Positions 62,060 through 64,000 of a DNA stretch of 64,000 nt are shown here, piece after piece. The notes below the pieces were generated by a model. That model saw only the letters and a program-made list of their open reading frames with translations. It searched no databases and had not been told where the DNA came from. Made by a program: the position numbers and the translations under genes. Origin of the DNA: the human T2T-CHM13v2.0 reference genome, Homo sapiens; assembly GCF_009914755.1 (NCBI RefSeq), contig NC_060925.1; one strand, given 5' to 3'. Every line of letters starts with the position of its first letter. Positions within the stretch are counted from its first letter, which is position 1.

Positions 62060-64000
62060 AATGTTCCACCTACCAATTATAATCCCCAGGGAAACTATAA
62101 AGAAAATAGCTAAAGAATGTAGTAAAAGAAATAAGTGGCAGGGCGCGGCGGCTCCCTCCTGTAATCCTAGCACTTTGGGAGGCCTAGGCGGGTGGATCAC
62201 CTGAGATCGGGAGTTCGAGACCAGCATGACCAACATGGAGAAACCCCGTCTCTACTAAAAATACAAAATTAGCCGGGCGTGGTGATGGGTGCCTGTAATC
62301 CCAGCTACTCAGGAAGCTGATGCAGGAGAATCGCTTGAACCTGGGAGGTGGAGGTTGTGGTGAGCCTAGATCAGCCTGGGCAACAAGAGTGAAACTCTGT
62401 CTCAAAAAAATGAGATAGAGGAACAAAAAGATATAAGACATGTAGAAAAGAATAAAATGGCATAGGCAAGTCCTACCTTATCTGTAGTTTTATTAAATAT
62501 AAAAAGATTAAACACCCTAATTCAAGGGAAAAAATTGGTGGGATAGATTAAAAAAACATGATATAACCAGCTGTCTGTAAGAGGCATGTTTTTGATTCAC
62601 AGACAAAAATAGGCTGAAAGGAAAAGAATGAGCAAAGCTATACCATGCAAACTAATCTCTCAAAAGAAAGCTGAAGGGTCTACATTAGTTTCAGACAAAA
62701 CAGACTTTATGGCAAAAATTGCTACTAGAGACAAAGATATTTTATAATGATAAAAGGGTTAATCCATCAAGAAAATAGAACAATTATAAATGCATGTGCA
62801 CCTAACAACAGAGCCCAGAATCACAAAATAATATAACTGAAAGGGGAAAGAGACAATTTAACAGTAATTGTAGAATTCGATACCCCATTTTCTATAATGC
62901 ATAGAACAACCAGAAAGAAGATCAAGAAAGAAATAGAAGACTTGAAAACATTGTGAAACAACTAGATCTAAAAGATACCTATAGAACATTCCATCCCAAA
63001 TCAGCAGAAAAGTCAATATCTCAAGGGCACATGGAATATTCTCCAGGCCACAAAGCAAGTCTTAATAAATTTAAAACGTTTTAAATCTTATAAAATGTAT
63101 TCTCTGTCTACAATTGAAATAAATAAACAGAAGGAAATTTGGGAAACTCACAAATTAATGAGAATTAAACAACATACTCTTAAATAGCCAATAGTTTAAA
63201 GACCTAATCACAAAGGGAATTAGAAAATACTTTGAATTGGACGGAAATGAAAACACAACATACCAGAACTTATAAGATGCAGCTAATGCAGTGTTTAGAG
63301 GGAATTTTCAGCTGTGAATGCCTATACTAAATAATAATAAGATCTAAAATCAATAACTTAAACCTCACCTGGAGAAGCTAGAAAAAGGAAAGCAAATAAA
63401 ACCCCAGGCCAGGAGAAGGAAGAAAATAATAAAGGGTAGAGCAGAAATAAATGAAATATGAAATAAAAAAATTTAGAAAATCAATGAGACTCAAAGTTTC
63501 TTCTTTGAAAATATCAACAATATTGACAAACTTTAAGCTAGACTGAGAAAAAATAGAGAAGACTCAAATTACTGAAATTTGGAATTAAAGAGAAAACATT
63601 GCTACTGGTCTTACAGGAATAAAAAAGATTCTAGGACAATATTGTGAAAAATTTATGCCAACAAATTCAATTGCCTAGATGAAATGGAAAAGTTCCTGGA
63701 AACACACAAACTACTGAAACTGGCTAAAGAAGAAATAAAACATCTCGGTAGATATATAACAAGTCAAGAGATTGAACTAGTAATAAAAACCTTCCTACAA
63801 AGAAAATGCCAGGCCCAGATAAGTTACTCATGAATTCTACCAAATGTTTAAAGAATAATTAATATCAGTTCTTCACAAACTGTTCCAAAATAAAAACATG
63901 AGGACACACTTTCGAATTTGTTCTATGAGACTGGTATCACTATAATACCAAAACATAACAAAGACTTCACAGACACACACAAGAAAACCACAGGCCAATG
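62060..64000 (+). mobile_element. Old L1M ORF2 5' region (endonuclease onward); runs off the window end
   Basis: AATGATAAAAGGGTTAATCCATCAAGAA, ATGTGCACCTAACAACAGAGC, GATGAAATGGAAAAGTTCCTGGAAACACAC, ATGAATTCTACCAAATGTTTAAAGAA. Confidence 0.8.
62137..62409 (+). mobile_element. AluSp-like with a small right-arm deletion
   Basis: TCGGGAGTTCGAGACCAGCATGACCAACATGGAGAAACC; GAGCCTAGATC joins directly to AGCCTGGGC. Confidence 0.88.

Overview
Primate (human/catarrhine-type) genomic DNA made almost entirely of interspersed repeats. I see no intact protein-coding gene, RNA gene, CRISPR array or operon-like system. Main content: (1) the 3' half of an L1PB (1-3368) with a hairpin-unit AT minisatellite and a tail-less Alu; (2) a two-LTR HERV-L/MLT2A provirus (4322-10816; gag-pro-pol-dUTPase, tRNA-Leu PBS, deleted 3' LTR); (3) a full-length minus-strand L1PA6-like element (~18181-24464) inserted in the middle of an AluJ; (4) a two-LTR MER41C/PRIMA41-type provirus with decayed gag-pro-pol-env (31327-39885); (5) a two-LTR non-coding MER4-group ERV1 (50805-61098) holding an L1PA7-like element, three Alus and a processed RPS29 pseudogene; (6) many older L1M/L2/MaLR/DNA-transposon fragments. 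The most unusual signals are structural. The two inverted L1PA copies ~30 kb apart share several non-consensus substitutions (possible gene conversion or an inversion-prone pair). A ~140-bp inverted self-like copy sits inside the full-length L1. Fold-back palindromes occur in two AT-rich tracts. All three two-LTR proviruses lie on the same strand. Subfamily names and consensus comparisons are from memory and need Dfam/RepeatMasker confirmation. I do not claim a new biological system.
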